Assembly: GCA_965202585.1 (NCBI GenBank)
Contig: OZ241834.1
Location: 31,558,001-31,622,000, forward strand
DNA length: 64,000 nt
From: Thalia democratica
Lineage: Eukaryota
Reading direction: 5' to 3'
The notes below the pieces were generated by a model that did no database searches, was not told the origin of the DNA, and saw nothing but the letters and a program-made list of their open reading frames with translations. Positions 35,454-51,300 of the stretch are shown one piece after another. Within the stretch, counting starts at the first letter, position 1, and each line of letters opens with the position of its first letter. The translations under genes and the position numbers were made by a program.

Positions 35454-38400
35454 AGGAATGAGCAGAGTTATGTATAGTAATGTACTCGGTTGTTACTTAT
35501 TAGTTTTTTGAAGTAAATTAACTTTAGTTTTTATAATGTCATTTAACAAGACAAAATTGTAGTATTAATATATGTTCTTAATATGAAATTAAAAATTTTA
35601 GATTTCATTTTTTATTTTTAAAGAGTCAAACTTAGTTAAGTTATCAATTACTTAACTTTTAAACAATTTATACTACTACTATTTCTTTACCGTACTTCTC
35701 TTTTGATTTAATTTGAAAAAAAAATAACGGCATAGATGTAAATTTTAAAGATACACTTGTTTTCATTTTTAACGGTTTAAATCATTTTAAGTTAACATTG
35801 TTTGTTGTATTTCATTAGTTTTGTTTATAAATTTTCTATGCTAAAAGGTTTTAAAATTCTTTGACTAGATTTTAAAAGTGTGAAACTTTTCTTGATCAAA
35901 AAATTACTGTATTGAAAAAGTGTAATGTCCACAATGCTTAGTTTTTGTTAACAAGTTTGTACTCCTGTCAAAAAAAATGTACAAAACGAAGTTTATTCAA
36001 TGTACCTAAAACTTATATGATCAAGTAAATAAAAAGTTTGACAATCTATTTACTCAACATAACAGTTCGCTTACACAATAACCGTTAATAAATTGCTTAA
36101 TCTGCACAACGTCTATTTATAGTGGTAATTAGTCAAGTTTTTATCTAAAAATAAACAACTAAATGGAAAGTATTTAAAAATAGTCTTGTGTTTGTTTACT
36201 TAAACTACAGTATAATAAATACTATTTTGTGCACGTGCCTTTTAAAATCACAATAAACACACTTTTAAAATAAATGCTGTATAAATTTAAAAGCTAAACT
36301 AATTATTATTAAATAAAGAAACAGTCTTAGTAATCAAAAATGACTATGTGCTTATGTCTCATTTTCAGCTATGCAGCATCTCAAATGTTTTGATAAATGT
36401 CTAAAATTATTTAAAGAACAAAAAACTACAGAACTTTTGAAATATTTTTTAATAATCTCATATTTTAAAAAACGTAAAGAGCATAGTTCTTTTTTTTTAA
36501 TATGTTTTTTATTGATATTTGCTGAAAATTAGAGACTTTAAACAGATTCACAACAGAACGCTTACCTTTTTTTTTAATTTTATCAACAACAGTTTTTGGG
36601 TGCTCCTTATTTTTTATACTTTAATTTCAAAAATTATCTGTGTTCCTTTTTTATATATTTCTTTGAGATTTTAATTTACAATGAGCCAATAAATGAAAAC
36701 AATACACTGTACTATTTTGTCACATTTACATATAGAATTAAAAATCTAACAGTAAAACTTCATATACTATGAAACAGAACTGCACTTTTGGTAATCAATT
36801 TGTTCGGTTTATATATTTTTTTTAGTTCTGTATATTCGAAGTTTAACCAGTTAGGGTGCTAATGTACTAAAACTTGATCTAAAATAAAAGCTTTCAAATT
36901 TTCATTAGCAAGTTCCTTTATTCATTTATTTATTTGTTATTTCAATTTATTATTTTTAATTTATTTATTTCTTCAATTTTTATTACATTTACAGAAATCA
37001 AATTTTTGCTTAAGACAAACTGTGGTATCTGGCTTTAACAATATTGAGTTTAAGTTTATTAATCAAGTGAATAAATGTAGTTTTAAACAGTTATGTTAGA
37101 AAAAATATTTATTAAATAACAAATAGTTATATAACTGAAAGTTAAAAACAACGATATCTGGAAACTGTCAGTACAAAAGTATTTCGAGTGCCTTACGTTA
37201 TTCAAAAAACTACAAGATGTAGTTGAAAAATAGCAAAATTATTCAGATTGCAATGCGTTAATACAACGATTAATAACTTAAGTTATTTTTAAACATTTTG
37301 CTTTTATAATAGAGCTTGTTAAAAAAGTAAGTTTAATTATAACAAAATATAAAATATAAAGAATATTACAAGTCAAAACATTTGAATTTATTCGTGTAAC
37401 ATTAAAACCTTGTTAAACAATTGTACTCCTTTATTATAAACTAATACTTTTAAAAATTATATTAAGTTGTAACTTTTACGTACTTAACTCTAATTTTATG
37501 GTTCTGAAACTAAACGTTGTTTTTTTTTGTACATGATACATTTATAAAAGTTTTAAACCTTAAAAACTAAACAAAAACATGTTTAAGTTTGCTAAATTGT
37601 AATTAACAATGACAATTAGCTCAAAATCTTAATAACAATTGAAATATTTATTGTTAGAGTGTTTAAATTTTGTTCAATTTTGAAGACAAAAATTAATTTG
37701 ATTGTTAGCAGAAATATATTGTTAATAAATAATTTAACTAATGTTTAATTACTAATAAAAACAAATATTCGACATTTTACAAATACTGTGTATGTTTTAT
37801 AAAAGCTACAGAAAATTTACATATAAAACGTGATAGATATTACTAAGTTAGTTATAAAGTTAGTGAGTTTTGTAAATCGAATGCCGTTAAACTAGGTTTT
37901 TTTTTTGAACATTTTTATTAAGAAATAAGTAACACTGAACACAAACATAATAATAAGTTAAAGCAATAAAACTACAGACTTTGAGTTAGTGGCCAAAAGA
38001 TAAAATAACAATGTTAAACACAAAACATTAGCAAGTTAGGTTTCGTATAAAAACTTTATAAAATATTTGTTACTACCGAAAAATTAATTTTTCATAAAAA
38101 ACTATTTTTATTGATTTTTTAAAATTGCACTGAAAGAAAGTTTCTGATTTTGTTTTAACAAATAAAGTAAACAATTTTATAACATTTGCAGCAAAGTTTT
38201 TTGCAAATCTTCATGACTCTATTTGTTTATTCGATATTAAAGTTATGTACCACTACCAACTTTATCAAAACTCTTGCTGAAACCTTATCAACCCAAATAA
38301 TATCTTGTTTTAATATCAAAAAACTCAGTTGGAAGTAAATAATTAAAAGTTCCTATCGAAAATTATACAACTATTTTAATAATTTCACAAATGTGTCTTT

Positions 38401-39384
38401 AAATTGTCACGTCAGTAACATGTGTAGTACCTATGTTTAATAAAATAAAATAACTACTAAAGTGATATATTATTAACCGAATAACATACTTAAACTTTTA
38501 GTATTTCGTTAAGACCAAAGCTGTACTTATTATGAGACAACTCTAAAATATTCTAAGTAGAAGCTTAATAAATGGTTACACTACCAGTAGTAAAACCAAG
38601 TTATTTTTATTTGTTCCGAATAACTTTAAAAAAAAAATAAACAAAAACTTATGCTATTTAGTGGAAAGGGTATTTTTTGTGCTAAAATTAAAAAAATATA
38701 ACTTAATACAATCTGCAAAATAGACCATTTTAAATTTGTTTGTTTACAAAAACTTGATTTATATAAAAAACTTTTATCTATTATGAAACTTTATGTCTAC
38801 TTAAATGCTAAAAATAGTACATAAATTGCAAGGCTGTACAGCTTAAGTATTATTCATTTTATTAAAACAAACAATGATAGGCAAGTATTACATATAAAGT
38901 AAACAAAAAGTGAGTATATCGGCATAGAACATACAACGTCAGAAAGAAAAGTTTAAAAACTTGATTTAAAATTTGACTAGTGTTAGAAATTTAGAGCAGA
39001 AAGCTTCAGTTATTTTGTTTTAAATGTTTTAACAAAAATAAAACGTTGCAAAAAGAAAAAATAAACAAAAATATTGGTTTTTGTTGAGCAACCACCACTT
39101 TTAAACCTTTTTTAATTTGTTTCTTTAATATCTTAAGACCATTTTATTAAAACTCTGTAAAAAAAATAAAATATGTTATTTTTAATGAATTTAAAGTAAG
39201 TAGCATAAGACCATTTACAAAAAAATTTTCTAATTATCTATTAAATTATTTTGAGTAAGTATTTTTTGAGACAATCATTCTTTTTAATTGTTGAATACAA
39301 ACCAAAAAGAACTTTTTCTATTCGCTTTGAACTTTAACAACACGTAAGCTATCCTTTCGAGCTCCTAAAAAAATCGAACAGTCT

Positions 39385-42300
39385 TTAAACGGTCTGAACT
39401 TTGGCGGGCTTGACTTTTAACCGCACGCTGTCGCTGTCGAGTATAATGTCGTTTACGGCGTCCAATGAGAGACCTTCCAGCGAGATTCCGTTCACCTCCA
39501 AAACTTCGTCCCCGGTTCGCATCAGTCCAGAATACATCTTTTCCGGGTAGCCGTCGTTCAATGATGATATGTAGAAAGCTGTCGAAGTTAATTATATTTA
39601 AATATTTGAAACCTGTGCTAAAAAATATTTAGTCAAATTTATAAAAACCTTGAAAAGCATTATATCTAACTAAATATTTTAAAACCTTATAAATTTACTT
39701 CAGTTAATAATGTAAAAACACGGAAGATAATGAATAAATTATGAGGAAAGATGCTAAAAAAATTTATAATTGTTTAAAAAAGATCTGAGATTAGTGGAAG
39801 GGCTAGTATTTAGGAATAAAGAAGGAATAATATAAGATTTTATAGATAACCTTATACTTATAATCCTTGGTGTTTTACTGTCGTTACAACTTTTTTGCAA
39901 AATTATCTTTTTAATCTTTAACGACTAAATAGAATCAACGCATAGTTAAGAAAGTAAACTAAATACTTTATTTTGACTTATTTTTAAAATTTGATCAAGC
40001 AACTAATGTTATAAAACATTAGGTCAATAAAACTATAAAGTTTCGTTAAAAATTGTTATATTTCATACATCGTTTTAACCATATAAAAATTTTAAATAAA
40101 TAATAATTGCTAACAGATTTTTATTCGTAAAAACTATACAAAACGATAAGTTGCATATCTTTTAGTTTTTTTACAGATATCAATACAAGTTTTATTTTTT
40201 TAATATATTAATTTGCCGTAAAGAGGTAGAATGGTGTAGTTAAGTGAAAAACTACTTTACGAAATATAATTTCAAATATAATTTCAAAATTGGAATCCAT
40301 ACTACGAATGTTTTTAAAGTTTTATAATCGTCAAGTTTAACAAGATTTTTTTCTTTTATGTATACTAGGAATTGACAATTAAAAGTAGTTAATATAGATA
40401 AAAAATGTTTACACTAAAGTTGGAAACTTGTTTGTATGTACAAGTTTAAAACTCCAACAGGATAAAGCAACAAAAATATCAGTCTTTTTCTTAATTAGTC
40501 GCTACTGACTATGAAGTTATGTAATTGAACTATTTTCATGTTACTCACACAAAAATGTTTAATTTTACACGAAACTTTACGACTTTAAATTATTCACTTA
40601 AAAGTTCAACCTTTGTTTTATTCAAAACAACTTTACTACTTTTAGCGACATGAAAGTCAATTGAATGTACTTTCGCTCTTTACAAGCAGCAAACCTCAAC
40701 AGATCTCTCCCACAAAGCAAATATTATACCAACCCACGCCGAGCAAAACAACAAAACTAAAAACATCTCGTATTTGCCCGATACGACTTTTGTTTTTATG
40801 ACGTCACGAAACTCACTCTGGCTGTGAGGATGTTGGTCCAGGTAGAAGCCGAAGGGTCCCGAAGGCGGTTTGGAGATTTCAACCAAGGCCGTTCCTTCTA
40901 TGGCGTTGATGCTGACCACTCGTCCGATCGGTCTGGAATTTATTAATAATTGTTTTACTAAATATTATAGGTAAATAATATCATTTAATAACTAAAACTT
41001 TGAATTTTTGTAAAAAAGTATAATTTTTTCAATTGAAAATAACTTTTGCCTTTTTGAACTGGATATATTTGTTCTAAATTCTCTAACTTTAAGATATTCT
41101 TTTATTTGTTGTATGATTTGTTTGTTGACTTAAACATTTTTTTCATTGTAATAAAGATTAAGTTAAATCATTTCCAGTTTTAGTTAACTTTATTGCAATT
41201 GGTTTTTAAAAGAGGGTTTTTGTTTTAATCAAGTATTGAAAATCATTATTTACATTTCTATTTGAATGTCTTTTTTTTTTGTTATTATATACAGCCTTAT
41301 CCTACTTTTACTATACTCATTTACTCTACATTGCATAGATCTAAAACTTGATTTTATGCATAATATTTATGCTAATTTTAAAAGCTGCTAAAGTTAGGAA
41401 ATTCAACATACCTAAAATAGTTGGGTCGGCTTATTTCGGAAGGATGTCTCACCGATGTTGTTAACCTGTTTTCACGTAAATATTTAAAACTTCTTCTTTA
41501 ATTGCATAAGTATTTACAGCTTTTAGATACAGTTGTTAGCTTAAACACAACCTACAAAACCATTCCTTAACCACATGTGGAAAAAGTAATCAAGTACATA
41601 ACAAATGCAAACAAAATATCTTAGTAAATTACGGTAAATATAAATAAACTAAAGCGCTCAACTACACTGCGCTAACGTGAGAATGTTATTAGAGAGCTGA
41701 TGACAAAAAAACACACAGTTGTAAAATTTCCAAGAAAACCACTACAACAATAGAGACAGCAAAAGTGACAATTATCGTGGCAGATGATTCATCACCAGTT
41801 TAAGTTTAAGACGTCATATTTCGACCTGTTGGACAAAAACTTTTGTAGGAAGTTTGTGAAAAGTTCACGCCCGAGCGATTTTCAAGCCCGCAGCAACGCA
41901 ATTACGGTTGTTATGGCAACATTATCTCAGATGGCAACTGTTTGTTTAACCTCATGAGCAAGATGGGCAATTTTCCCATTTCATTCAAAAAAAGAGATGT
42001 GTTTATTTTTACAAATGCGCTAATACTCAAGTTTGTTCTTTCGTTTTTAGTTTTGTTTTTTATCATATTTCAGTCATCTGCCGTTTTGAGAGACACTCAA
42101 TAAATTTTCAATTGTCTGTGTGGCGAGATGTTCAAAGCCCGTGGCATTTTGAATTATCAGAAAAAAAACGTTCAAGTGTACAGTTTTGACGAGATATTTA
42201 TAATCAGTGACTTTTATTATTAGTATTAAAAGTTTTGTGTATGAAGAATTTGCAAAAAAAATTATAATGTTTGTTGAGTTTTACTTATTAGTTTCAAAAA

Positions 42301-45300
42301 AACGAAGATTTCATGTATAAATAAAAAGTTACTCCTAATAAACTATGAGCTTATAATAAATGTTAAGCTACTTTCAAATACCGGAATCTTCACTTCCTTT
42401 AACCTATTAAGAGCATGTAAAAAAAAATTATAATTGTTAAATTTATGTCAGGTATAAAAGTAAGTTCACTAAACTTACACGTTAGATTAGTGTTTAGCTA
42501 TCACAAAACTGAAGTTAGTTACGTTTGTTTAGAGTTTCAATAATAAAACCAAAAAATAATAATTTCGATAGTTTTTTTAGTTGTACTTGTATTTCAACAC
42601 AAAAAAGTTTCCCAACAAAAAAAATTAAGCTAAAACTCAAGTACATGCCAATTAGTAGTGAGTATGGATTATAAATTATAAGAAAACATTGATGTAAAAA
42701 ATAAACTTATTTTCAAAAGAAAAACTTCGAATTAAGCCAATTGTCATGAGTTAAAATAACTTTTGATTTCTTAGACAAATCTTTGTTTATTTTTTAAATT
42801 TCACACTTACATACTCTTATCAGTGACTGTATGCTAACCAGACAAATTTTAGAGAACTATAAACAAATGAGCAATAGTAACACTCCGCCAATGTTTATTT
42901 ATTCTACCACAATTGTACCTGACGAGCTGTAAGAAACAGGAAAACATTTGTACTACAACAAACAAACGTTGACTAACAATCATTGCTAACTGATTTAAAA
43001 ACGAATTTCAACCAACTCACCGTTCCTTCTCGGCGATGTTTTCCAGGTTGAAGGTGTCGATGGCGATCGTGTTCCTCACCTGTTGCCTTCTCAACCTCGA
43101 CTTCCTCTTCCTCATCCTCACCGTGCTGCTGATCATCGACGCTATTGAGGGCGACTTCTTCAACCTTCCCTGCTCGAACACCTCGTCGTTGTTGTATCCG
43201 CTGGGTGGCGACGTCGGCGATCGGTTGGACGTTGAGCTGTTGTGAAAATTGTAAAGTTGTTGTAAACTGTTGTTGAAGTTTGTTGTCGTGAAAATTTTCA
43301 AATTTTATTACCAAGCTAAAATTTAATTTCAGTTTCTCGTTGATTTTGAGGAAAAATTAAGTTTAAAATTTAAACCATTACAGTAACCTTGTTAATATTA
43401 ACCTTTTATCTTTCTAAATTATCAACCAAGCTGTAAACTTGTTATCAAAGTTAGTAAAGAAATATTAGTTTTAACAAAGTTGATTCACATTATACCATTT
43501 AGCTATATTTATTCAACATATTCATAAGTTGCCAAAGTTGAAATAAAAGCAAAAATTGTATGTATAAAAAAACGTTAAAAATAGTTAGTCTATGTCATTA
43601 CATATATTTATTATAAACAAAAGTTTTGTTTCAACTCACAAGTTATTAGAATCTTCTTATTAAATAATATTCTTGAAATATTTTAACCAAAGTTACATTA
43701 AAGAAGATTTAGTATTTACATACAGTTACATTCTACATCTAGCTTCAAAAATTAGTCTTTTAAACATTCAATGAATGCCAAAACTAGTGGTATGAAAAAA
43801 GTTCTACAATTAATCTATGCCAGTTTATAAATTTATTATATATAAAATCTAAACTCTCTTCAACTCACTAGTTAGAATCTTCTTCCGCCACCTTATCCAT
43901 GCTGATCGCTCTCCTGATGTTCTGAAAACTGAACGCTCCCTTCAACCGCTCCTTGATACTGGGTCTCCTCGGTTGACTGAAGCTGGTCGGATGACCGGGG
44001 CTGGACGGCTTCTTTCCAGAAAAACTGTTCATTTTTTTAGGAATTTATTATGTATGCCGATTATAGTTATAAAACTGTAAATATAGATTTAAAGCCTAAT
44101 GATAACTGTTAAGCAAATATTGGTGTTTTTCGGGTGACCTGAGTTGTTTGGTTTTATATTCAGAAAAATGTTTAAAACGGATAAACTGTTTAAAAAAAAA
44201 TTTCTGTTAGAATTAGAAATATCATTAACATCTCAAGTGGTCAATAAGTATGTTATTCGGAATTTTTATACAGATAACATGAATTTGAAGCTATAAATGG
44301 AAGTTTAAAGCGTTAATAAGATTTGTTAAGTGAAAATTGGTGTTTATCGGATGAGCAAAGTTGTTTGGTATTTTACTTGGAAAACTATTTAGATTAAATG
44401 TGAACTTTTCTGGGAAAAATATTTGAAAACCTATTAAGATGAAGTTTGAACTCTACTAGTAAGAAAGGTTTTTATAAGCAGTTTTTAAAGCAAAACCTTA
44501 ATTTAAGTATGAATAATATATTTAGTATTTAAAAAAGTCATGAAAACGATAAATTTTATTTTTACTTACGACGATTATTTCTGTCTTTTTTAATTTAGAA
44601 ATTTTTTATTTATTTTAACAAAAAAAAATTTTTTTAATAACTTACTAACGCATTACAATGTTTAAATTTTCAAAGTATATAAGTATTTGTAGTATGTATT
44701 GAAATTTTACTAGTATCATTTTAAATTTACGAGGTCAAAATTTATCAATTTCATACTTATTTTTTATACAAATCCTTCAGAAAATAAATTGATATTTTAT
44801 ACTCAAATTAAGCTTACCCACAATCTTATAAAATTAGAGCGAAATGATTTTAAACAAATTTTGTGGTTAAAAATTATATCATACAATATACTTTTTGTAA
44901 AGCGTTGTCGTAATTTCTTTTATAGTATAAAAATGTATAAAATGATATCATACTTTAAAAAACAACAGTATAAATAAAAATTCAAATATAAAATCCAACA
45001 AAACATGTAAAAGCACAAGTTAAAAAAATAATTCTCTTATACAAAAAATTCAAAACTTTTTTTTTAACTAAAGTTTTTACAGTTACACACTCAACTTTAC
45101 TTTTTATGTTTAGCACAAAACTATGTTACAGTAAAAAAAATAAAAATTAGTAATACTGTTTTAAATCGCAACCTCTTATAAAACTAATAAAAAACGATAA
45201 CATTATTTTATTGTTTTAGCTTTAAACTAAGTAAGCAGCTTAAGGGAAGAAGACAGACAACGTAATCAAACAAGTTTTATGCGCTTGGTTAATCATTAAT

Positions 45301-48300
45301 CGGCAAACTTGTTTAACTTTGCTGATAGCAGAAAACAACACAGAGCTGAAGAGCAATTAACAGACACTTTTGGAGCGAAATCACTTGATCAAATTAACTA
45401 CTTGCTGATTGTTTGCCAGTAATTATTAAATTAGTTAGTGTTTTAAATATTTAGTTTATGTTTGAAATAAAATAGCACACTATTTTAAAAAATGATATAA
45501 TTTTGCACACAAAACCAGTATTTTTTTTCTGTCTAAGGATACATATGCATGAAGTTTTACTTAACTAACTTTTATATGAAATAAAGAATTGTTTTAAGCT
45601 TTAACGCTACAAAAACAATCATAAACAGGTAAGAATAACTAAAAGCTTGTAACAAGTAATTTTTAAAAGGTAGTTTTGTAAAAATGTGCTTAAACAAAAA
45701 TGTTTTTTTTTGAAAAACTTATAAAGAATTTTTACTCTTTGACAACAACTTTTTTAAAGTTGTAAAAATCAAGAAGTAAATTACTAAAAATAATAAAGTT
45801 AACAGTATGTTTAAAACATGTAAAAAATTAATTTTATAAAATGTAAATCTTTTCAGACTAAAATTTAAACAGTTAAATATTAAAAAAAACTATTATTTTA
45901 CTTAAAAGTGTAAACAACATTTTAAGCATGATAGAAATAATTCAACTAGAATACGCTTAAATGTTACAAACAAAAATAGTCGTATTTATAGATATGATTT
46001 ATTAAAAATAAGAAAAAGTCAGAAACAGTAACTTAACTAAACACAAATAAAATAAGTATATTTTAAATATTACCACCTACAAAATAACAATGAAGGTAAT
46101 GAAACTGTTGAATTTGAAAAGAAACTATTAGTTTATAAAGTAAGCTACAACGGCTTAAACTTTAATTAACTTAAAAGTATCAAATTTAAAAGAAAGTAAC
46201 ACAAACTTTAAGAAACTCCAAAAAACATGTTTTAGATTGAAGTTAAACAAAAAACGTTTAAAAGTCGTTTAAAATACGTATTAGGTAAACTAAAGTATTA
46301 AATTGGATCAGAAAAAAACTGTTCAACTTTTATTATCATAACAATTTGTTTGCAGTAACTTTAAACAACTTTTAAAAGCAGTAAACCTAACTATAACTGA
46401 TTTTAAAAACTTTGACAATAATAAAGATAAGTTAATAATACTCACGGTAAACTTCAATTATTACCGGTAAACACGGTAATACTTCAAGAATCTAGATAGA
46501 GTACAAAAGATTTAAAGTAAAAAAAGTTTTAAAACTAATATCTTGATGTTTTTTCACGAGAACAGGAAAAATCACACAACTAGAAAAAAAAAAGAAACGG
46601 CCGTAAACAAAAAAGTCCTAGTTACAATTGTTAATAGCTTCAAGTTTAAACCACATATTAATAAATATTCAAGATAAAAAATCATCGTTCTAACAGATAC
46701 CTAAAGTGACAAAGAATTCAAATTTGCTTTTACCGTTTTCATACGGTAGAAAGAAATATAACACCTACTAATGAGAACCTACCGCAAGTAAAATATCTAG
46801 CTGCCAATATAGATACATTGATGAAAGTCTTAAAATGCAAGTTTAAACCAAACTAACTTGAGGCTCCACAGGGACCCGCTGTGGTTCTTCTTGTCATTTT
46901 TCCCGCCATTCGCCAGATCGCCCGAAGTGGTCGATCTCATGTTCGACATGCGCCTCCCAGTGGCCGCCGACATGGTGCTGAACTTGGAGTTGGGTGGGGG
47001 CATCAGGTCCCTGTCGCTCGTGCCTGAAAGTGTGATGTCATAAACAAAAGATCTTTTTTACAAATGTTTTGCTAGAAAATAAAACTTACTTTTGAAACAT
47101 ATACTTTATGTAATAATATGCGAAAAGCTAGTTTAAAGTTTCGTTGGGATTATTAATGATTATAAACAAAATTAAATAAGAGTATTTTGATAATATATTT
47201 GTCTTAAAATTCCAAAACTAATAATTAAATTTATAATTACTTTAAGTAGTTTATGTTTATAAGAAAATACGTCATAAAAGTCGTTGCAAAAAAGCTCTTA
47301 AGGTGAAAATTATCACATGCTAAAGAATAATTACAAAACATCTATTTTTAAATAGTTGATGTCTTTATAAAAAAGTTTTAAAACTATTATGTTCAAGATA
47401 ATTTTTTCAAGTTCATGTTTTTATTGTTGTTAAATCTAAAATATAAACTGTATTTAGTTTCTAGTAAAGTGGTTTGATTTAAATCGTTACATTAAAACAA
47501 AGTGATAAAATCACGGTTGTCATTTACATAACATTTATTCAATGTTTTTGTTTTGTAATTTATTGTAAAACATAAAAAGTTGTAATTCAAGTTTTAAAGC
47601 GTGTACAATTTCTGAAAAAAATTTTAATAAGTTGTATTAAACAAACTAAAAATCTCATTTGTTTATTAACTAGTCAAATTTGACCACTAAACTTATAAAC
47701 TGAAAAACACACACATACCGGACTCGGACGCTTTCGCTAAATTTGCCAGCGACGCGCTGAGGTCCTGCTCGCTGATTGGGTAGTTCATCTCGTTGGCGTG
47801 GTGATACTGGTCGTACGGGTAACCCCCCGCATTGCCCCTCCGCCCCTGGTGCGAGTTGTTGCCGTTCAGGTTGAAGGGGAACGTCGGCACGCTCCTCCTG
47901 TCGTGCGATTGTGACGTCATGGTCATTCCGTTGTCGAAGGTCGTGCTCCTGATGCGCATCTTCACCTGGTGGTGGCTCCCGTTGTGGGGATTTTTTTGCG
48001 CCAGGTTGCGCCGCTGCCGCGCTAGAGAGTGGGCGTCCTCGACCATGCAGATGCTGAAAATTTGTTTATGTTTAACTTTTTAAACATTTTGTTTATTTTT
48101 TTTTTTCATTGTTTTGCAAAAGCTTAGTGTCTGTACGTATATTTTGTTTATTTGTTTAAGTGTTTGTTTAATTTTTATTAAACACTCTGTTTTGTGTAGT
48201 AAGAACTTGGAAAAGATTTTTGTTTCTAAACTTAAGTTGCACAAACTTCTTTATTTAAGAAAAATGCTTTTTGTTTATTGCTACACAAGTACGACATTTA

Positions 48301-51300
48301 TTTGTATTCACTCTTTTATGTGTTTTGTGCTGTATTAACTTTTTGTATTTTTAATATAGTTTTTTTCATTTTAAAGTAAAATAATTGATAATTTCATTTA
48401 AAAAAATACTTTATTCATTTGAATGATATCAAAACTTTTAAACTGCATAAACTAAAGTTTGACTCCGAAAACTCTGGCAAAATGAGTGACTTTACATAAT
48501 AAAAACAGAAAGCTCTTTAGCTTTAGCACTTCAAGGTTTAATATTTGTAATTCAAATATATCCTATTCGCCTTTTAAGTTATGTTTTAAAAAGTTCTATA
48601 CAACACCTTCCAATCTGACTTTATATATACTTAGAAAAACTAAATATTATACAAAAATAAATTAATATACCTACTTTAATTTCATATAAAACTAATAGTT
48701 TTTTTTTAAATCGACCGACATATAGTACAAATTTTGAAAAATACGTTAAACGGAGAGAAAAATCTTAATAAAAACGTTTTAAAAGCTTAGGTGTGTAACT
48801 ACGTACGATTTAAATTTTCCAAGAAAATTAAGCAAAATGATCTTTAAAATTAGGCACTTGATCTCATAATAGGAATAAAATGAAAATAAAGACTTTAATC
48901 TTCGAATGAATAATTCATTAAAATCTTTTTCCGACTGTTTTGGTATGAAAACCTTTTTGGAAACGCTTTAAAATTTATTATAACTCAACGTTTAGTTTTT
49001 ATATGAGTATTTGAATGATTTTTGCTTTAAAAGTTTAGGTTGAAATTAAGTTTATCGCTTAACTCTTTAAACAAGGTTTGTTTTATAAGCAAAGTAGAAC
49101 TGTTATTTTTTGATTTATTTTTAGCGTTAAAAACAAATACAACGAAACAAAAGTAATATTGTACAAATTTTTATAGCGTTTAGTACCTGCTAGATTCATT
49201 TTGACTTATGTGATTGCAAAATAAATAAATATTTTCAAACCTCCTAACTTTTAGATAGTTAATGATTTATTTAAAACTCTTTCCATATTAAACTTTGCAT
49301 ATTTACATTAGATCAATTTGTTAAAGATGTTTTAAATTTGACAAGTAATATGCTTTAATTAAAGACCAGACTTTATAAATAAAATTCTATTGCTAGGACA
49401 GTGATTTTTTTATTTTTAATTTTTTACAGTAAAAATGTTATTTTTTATTTATTTGTCTCTTAAAAAAGTATTGAAAAATTTAAGAATACACAAAAACTAG
49501 ATAGGTGTTCTGTTGTATTAAGAAATACGTTACTATGAATTAGTAAAATATTCAAAATACTACAATTAAATAATTGGGAAACGTTGAGTTTTTGTCTTTC
49601 TTTTATTTATCTAAATTATTCATGATTTTCTTCGTTTGCTCACGTTAATTCCGCTTGGCGCGTTTAAAAAAACAATTGTTGGAAAAACGAATAAAAAAGG
49701 TTAAAATATTAAACGGATTAGCGCGCAGAGTTTAAAAGGTGAGAAATCTAATCGCAAAACATGAAAACTAAATTGAAGTGTTGTTCTAAATGATTTTTAA
49801 ATATTTTTTAATAAATCATTTATTTATCCGTATGTATATGCTACTGATGAGTTTTAATAAGTATGTTCTAGTATGACTCGTGACTCACTATAAATTTAAA
49901 CGAGGAAAAAAAAATTGACTACAATTAATAAATTGTTAGAAAAATTATAAAATTGTACATATATATCTAAAATGTAGAAAATATTAAGCTAGAGGCGTGC
50001 AAATAAAAATAATAGCAACAAAGCTAATTTCACAATATTTTTCACTGATTCATTGCTTTACTTTTACAAACCACTTGCTGACTCTACCAAATCATAAGTC
50101 TTGAAACAATTAGTCGCAGCATTTGTAAATATATTTACAACTTAAAAGTGCATATTTTTTTAAAATTTGTCACTGTTATTTTTACAACTGTTCCGACTTT
50201 AAATATTTCTCAAACACATGAAAACTCACGTGTTTCCTGATTGCAGCCTGACGTGCTTGCTGTAGTCTGCTCGTGACGGAGCCGCGTACGACGCCCTCTT
50301 CAGCATGACGTCATCGACGGAGGTCCTGACGTCATCTTGGGTCTTGACCCGCTCCATGGTGGCGGGAAGGGCCTTCATGGGCTCGCTTCTCACCACGCAC
50401 GACTGGCTCTTGACTATTTTCGTCGGAACTTCTGTACTATCCGGTTTGCTGGGATCACTGGAGTTCTGTGGTAAATGATTATTATTATTATTATTGTTGT
50501 TGGAGTTTATTGTGCGAAGATGGACTCGGTCATTAAAACCTGAGCCGCTTAAACAATACACACCAAAAAAGAATCAAACAAACTACATTCAATAAAAAAT
50601 TAAACATAACATATGAAAAAAAAATACAAACAAGTTGTCCTGTATGATCAAGTATAACTTAATATGTACAAAATATAAAACAAAATAAATTTTCATATAT
50701 AAACTTATGCATTGACTATAAAAGATTACACATTTACAAAAATTATATACAAAAATTTATAATCTGTTTATGATTATGTTTATTGTTGAGATTTTTGCAA
50801 TCAGTATAGAAAGTGTTTGTGAAGTAAAATTTTAGAAGACTGTGTTAAAAAACTGTATAGTTTTAAGTGTATGTTAGGCTAAAGTTATAAGTTATACTAC
50901 TTTATAAGTTGTACTAAGCTTATCAAAAGAGTCTGGTATAAAAAAGTTATAAAATCATTAATGCTTAAAAAGAACTTTAACATTTTTTTAATAACGTAAC
51001 TACTCTGTAATGACTTTAAACAAAAATTATGTTAGTATAAAACCAAAAAATCTAAAATAAGTTGCTCAGTAATTCAAAACAACTGAAAAAAAGAAACCAA
51101 CCTCGACAGATTTCGGGGAATCACCATTCACGGAGGACTTTTGAACACTCGGTAGATCATCGTTCAACTTCGGTATGTTTTCAACGATCTTCGTCGAACT
51201 CTTAAACGATGAACTGGACACGTTGGAGGATGATGGCGACAGAGAGCTGCTCCTCGAAGACGGGGAGGAATACCCGGATGAAGACTGAGCAGCGTTCATC

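Noticed and set aside
39385-39396. C-terminal VQTV of the KIAA1614-like protein as a class I PDZ-binding motif
   Set aside because: Position -2 is Gln, not Ser/Thr.
42919-42926. 8-nt micro-exon candidate CTCGTCAG with good splice sites
   Set aside because: It shifts the frame of the PDZ-coding exons and no compensating exon was found.
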